DNA of 64,000 nucleotides from Dendronephthya gigantea (Eukaryota): NCBI RefSeq assembly GCF_004324835.1, contig NW_021163311.1, positions 10,208 to 74,207 of the forward strand, read 5' to 3'. Shown piece by piece: positions 62,221 to 64,000 of this stretch (position 1 is its first letter; each line of letters starts with the position of its first letter). The notes under the pieces were generated by a model. It saw only the letters and a program-made list of their open reading frames with translations, ran no database searches and was not told where the DNA came from. The position numbers and the translations under genes were made by a program.

Positions 62221-62631
62221 TTATTTTCCTCCAATTAATGCGTGCTTTTTATAAGCAACACCATTTGCAACCACATTGTTAAGTGTATTGAAAAAGTAAT
62301 CAAGGCATTTATCGTTATCGATGCACGCTTTATCTGAACTCATTTCAAAACTGCCACCTTTATATTTAACCGTCTCTGAGCGAAATTCCTGTTTATGACT
62401 TGAATATTTTAATCCAACAACACTGCCGTTCAATGTTACTCCAAAATTCTTCGAAGAAGTCTTCTGATGGGATCGCTCCACTGTCAGATCACCTTCAGTG
62501 AATTTTACCTTAATAGGACCGTTGGATATTTCAATAATCTGTTTTGATTCCGTGTTCATTTCAGCAGGTTGAGTTTCACCATGACAGCAGACAGTGAATA
62601 TCGCAATTAATGCGTACTTTAACACGTACAT
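62221..62631 (-). CDS. D0: diverged paralogue of cassette gene D (136 aa from the ATG at 62631)
   Basis: MYVLKYALIAIFTVCCHGE signal, then ..KACIDNDKCLDYFFNTLNNVVANGVAYKKHALIGGK*. It shares the CC(Y/H)GE signal-end, the C..DKxC pair and the NG(I/V)xYK..LI.G tail with the D copies. Confidence 0.55.
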   Translation of the reverse strand: MYVLKYALIAIFTVCCHGETQPAEMNTESKQIIEISNGPIKVKFTEGDLTVERSHQKTSSKNFGVTLNGSVVGLKYSSHKQEFRSETVKYKGGSFEMSSDKACIDNDKCLDYFFNTLNNVVANGVAYKKHALIGGK

Positions 62632-64000
62632 TTTGTAAACAAGGCCAGCTATGCCTAGGAATCGGTGTTGAAGTTCAACTTTAGTGTTCGCTGTTGTCGC
62701 ACAGCCTACCTGCCGAACTTCTGATGTATATCTAAATGCGAATACTGGTTTCCGCTGTTCTATTATATGTCTAAGAATGCAAAATATGCATGTTAAGGTT
62801 GGCACTCTAGCCGAAAAGGAAATGCCAAATCATTTTTGCAAACTACATGTTATTCGAAAGATATATGTAAAATATATATAATAATCCGAAAACATACATG
62901 ATGTCGATAAATTGAAACGATCTCTTCACATTTTACAAACACTGTGAATTCGTACTTATCAATTCGTAATGATATATGTTGCTAATCTAACAGTTGATCA
63001 TTTCACATGCTGTGTTTCCATTAGTAGAGAATGCTCCAATGATTTATAACATTGATAAAGAATATTGTTTCGCGCTTTGTTGATAAACGTTTTGCAATCG
63101 CGAATTTAATTTCAAAATATTTGCCGCATAGCACTTAGGAAAACAACTATATTTAACATTTCTTTAAGGTATAGACTATAAAAGAAATATGATCATATTT
63201 CATGTTAGTTGATCCATTATACAAAATTACCTAAGAAAGTAGGTGATTACATATTCCCCAAAAACCGACAGAAAAAACCCACAAAACAAAAACATACCTG
63301 CGATTGAAAATGCAACACAATAGCCAATAGGGGGTTAATATAACAACACCCATGCACTAAATATATTCAAAGCTGAAAATATGATCAAAATATGGTCAGG
63401 TTCGATGTCATAAGGCGATTATTAACAACATTATATTAATCGGACGATTTTAAACCTATACGCTTTTATTTATGGATTTCTAGTTTCAACCTATAGTTTT
63501 AACGTGGAGATTAATTTTTATATTACATATTCTTTTTATAACACTACACAGATACTTCAATAAAACTACAGGTTGTCACATGCAGACATATGGACATAAA
63601 ATGACGAAAAAAAGTTATAGTTTTTAATGTTTTAACACTGATAAAATCTTGTGGAAATAAATATTATATTGGTAGGCTGGTATATAGCTACATTCTCAAG
63701 AGCTTGCCGAAGTGTTAAATACAATTTAAACATAAGAAATTGGTATTTCAATTATTCTTTTAGCGCTAGCATTGTATGCGGAAACTGTCGATTGCAATCT
63801 TCATTATTAAAATTGCTGTGTATAGCTGATAATACCGACAAAAAAACCAGCTGTGATATTGCGGCTTAAGATATGCACGGTCACGATGAGACAAAGTACT
63901 GATTGCTGCTAAATAGATCGCTATAGGGTATACATATTAAATTACATGCAAATATATGACTAAGAGCTTCTTTCAAGGCCCCGTGACGCAGAGCTGATAA

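Noticed and set aside
62684-63869. Short ORFs of 61-72 aa in the AT-rich unique tail (62036-62221, 62684-62881, 63651-63869)
   Set aside because: They have no conservation within the window, no signal or domain features, and lie in AT-rich sequence where such ORFs occur by chance.

Overview
This window reads as AT-rich (~64%) eukaryotic, metazoan-like genomic DNA: GT-AG introns of ~97 nt and longer, AATAAA signals, signal-peptide genes and satellites. It is not prokaryotic. The ORF track uses TTG/GTG/CTG as starts in places, so several 'M' starts were re-anchored to real ATGs. Three modules are visible. (1) 1-33 kb is a segmental tandem array of 7 units, each 5.0-5.6 kb, one internally deleted. 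Every unit carries an intronless gene of ~540 aa with the architecture RING(C3HC4) - TRAF-type zinc fingers - coiled coil - 6 Kelch blades. Five copies are intact, one has a 1-nt frameshift, and one lacks its 5' half. The copies share a nearly invariant framework interrupted by short hypervariable patches in the Kelch propeller loops. The repeat-rich spacers contain co-amplified pseudo-exons of the last two exons of the neighbouring AGXT gene, a small 3-exon secreted Cys-rich gene on the opposite strand, MITEs, palindromic foldbacks, a 136-bp satellite and copy-specific promoter rearrangements. The units upstream of genes 1 and 2 also carry antisense Parkin-like UBL exon fragments. (2) 33.0-40.0 kb, minus strand, holds a 10-exon alanine-glyoxylate aminotransferase (AGXT) gene with intronic minisatellites. 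Its exons 2-3 are duplicated inside a perfect 1010-bp higher-order satellite repeat, and ten tandem ETS-consensus motifs (ACCGGAAGT) sit just upstream of its start codon. (3) 41-62.6 kb is a second tandem array, period ~4.16 kb, about 4.4 copies, of a four-gene cassette (A+, B-, C+, D-). Each gene encodes a small novel secreted protein of 102-139 aa with an N-terminal signal peptide, a few Cys, and often a cationic character. Several copies carry single-base frameshifts. Diverged paralogues flank the array: A0, which ends in KDEL, and D0. No rRNA, tRNA or CRISPR was found. Taken together the window looks like a fast-evolving defence or innate-immunity island of E3-ligase-like RING-TRAF-Kelch genes next to amplified secreted-peptide cassettes.
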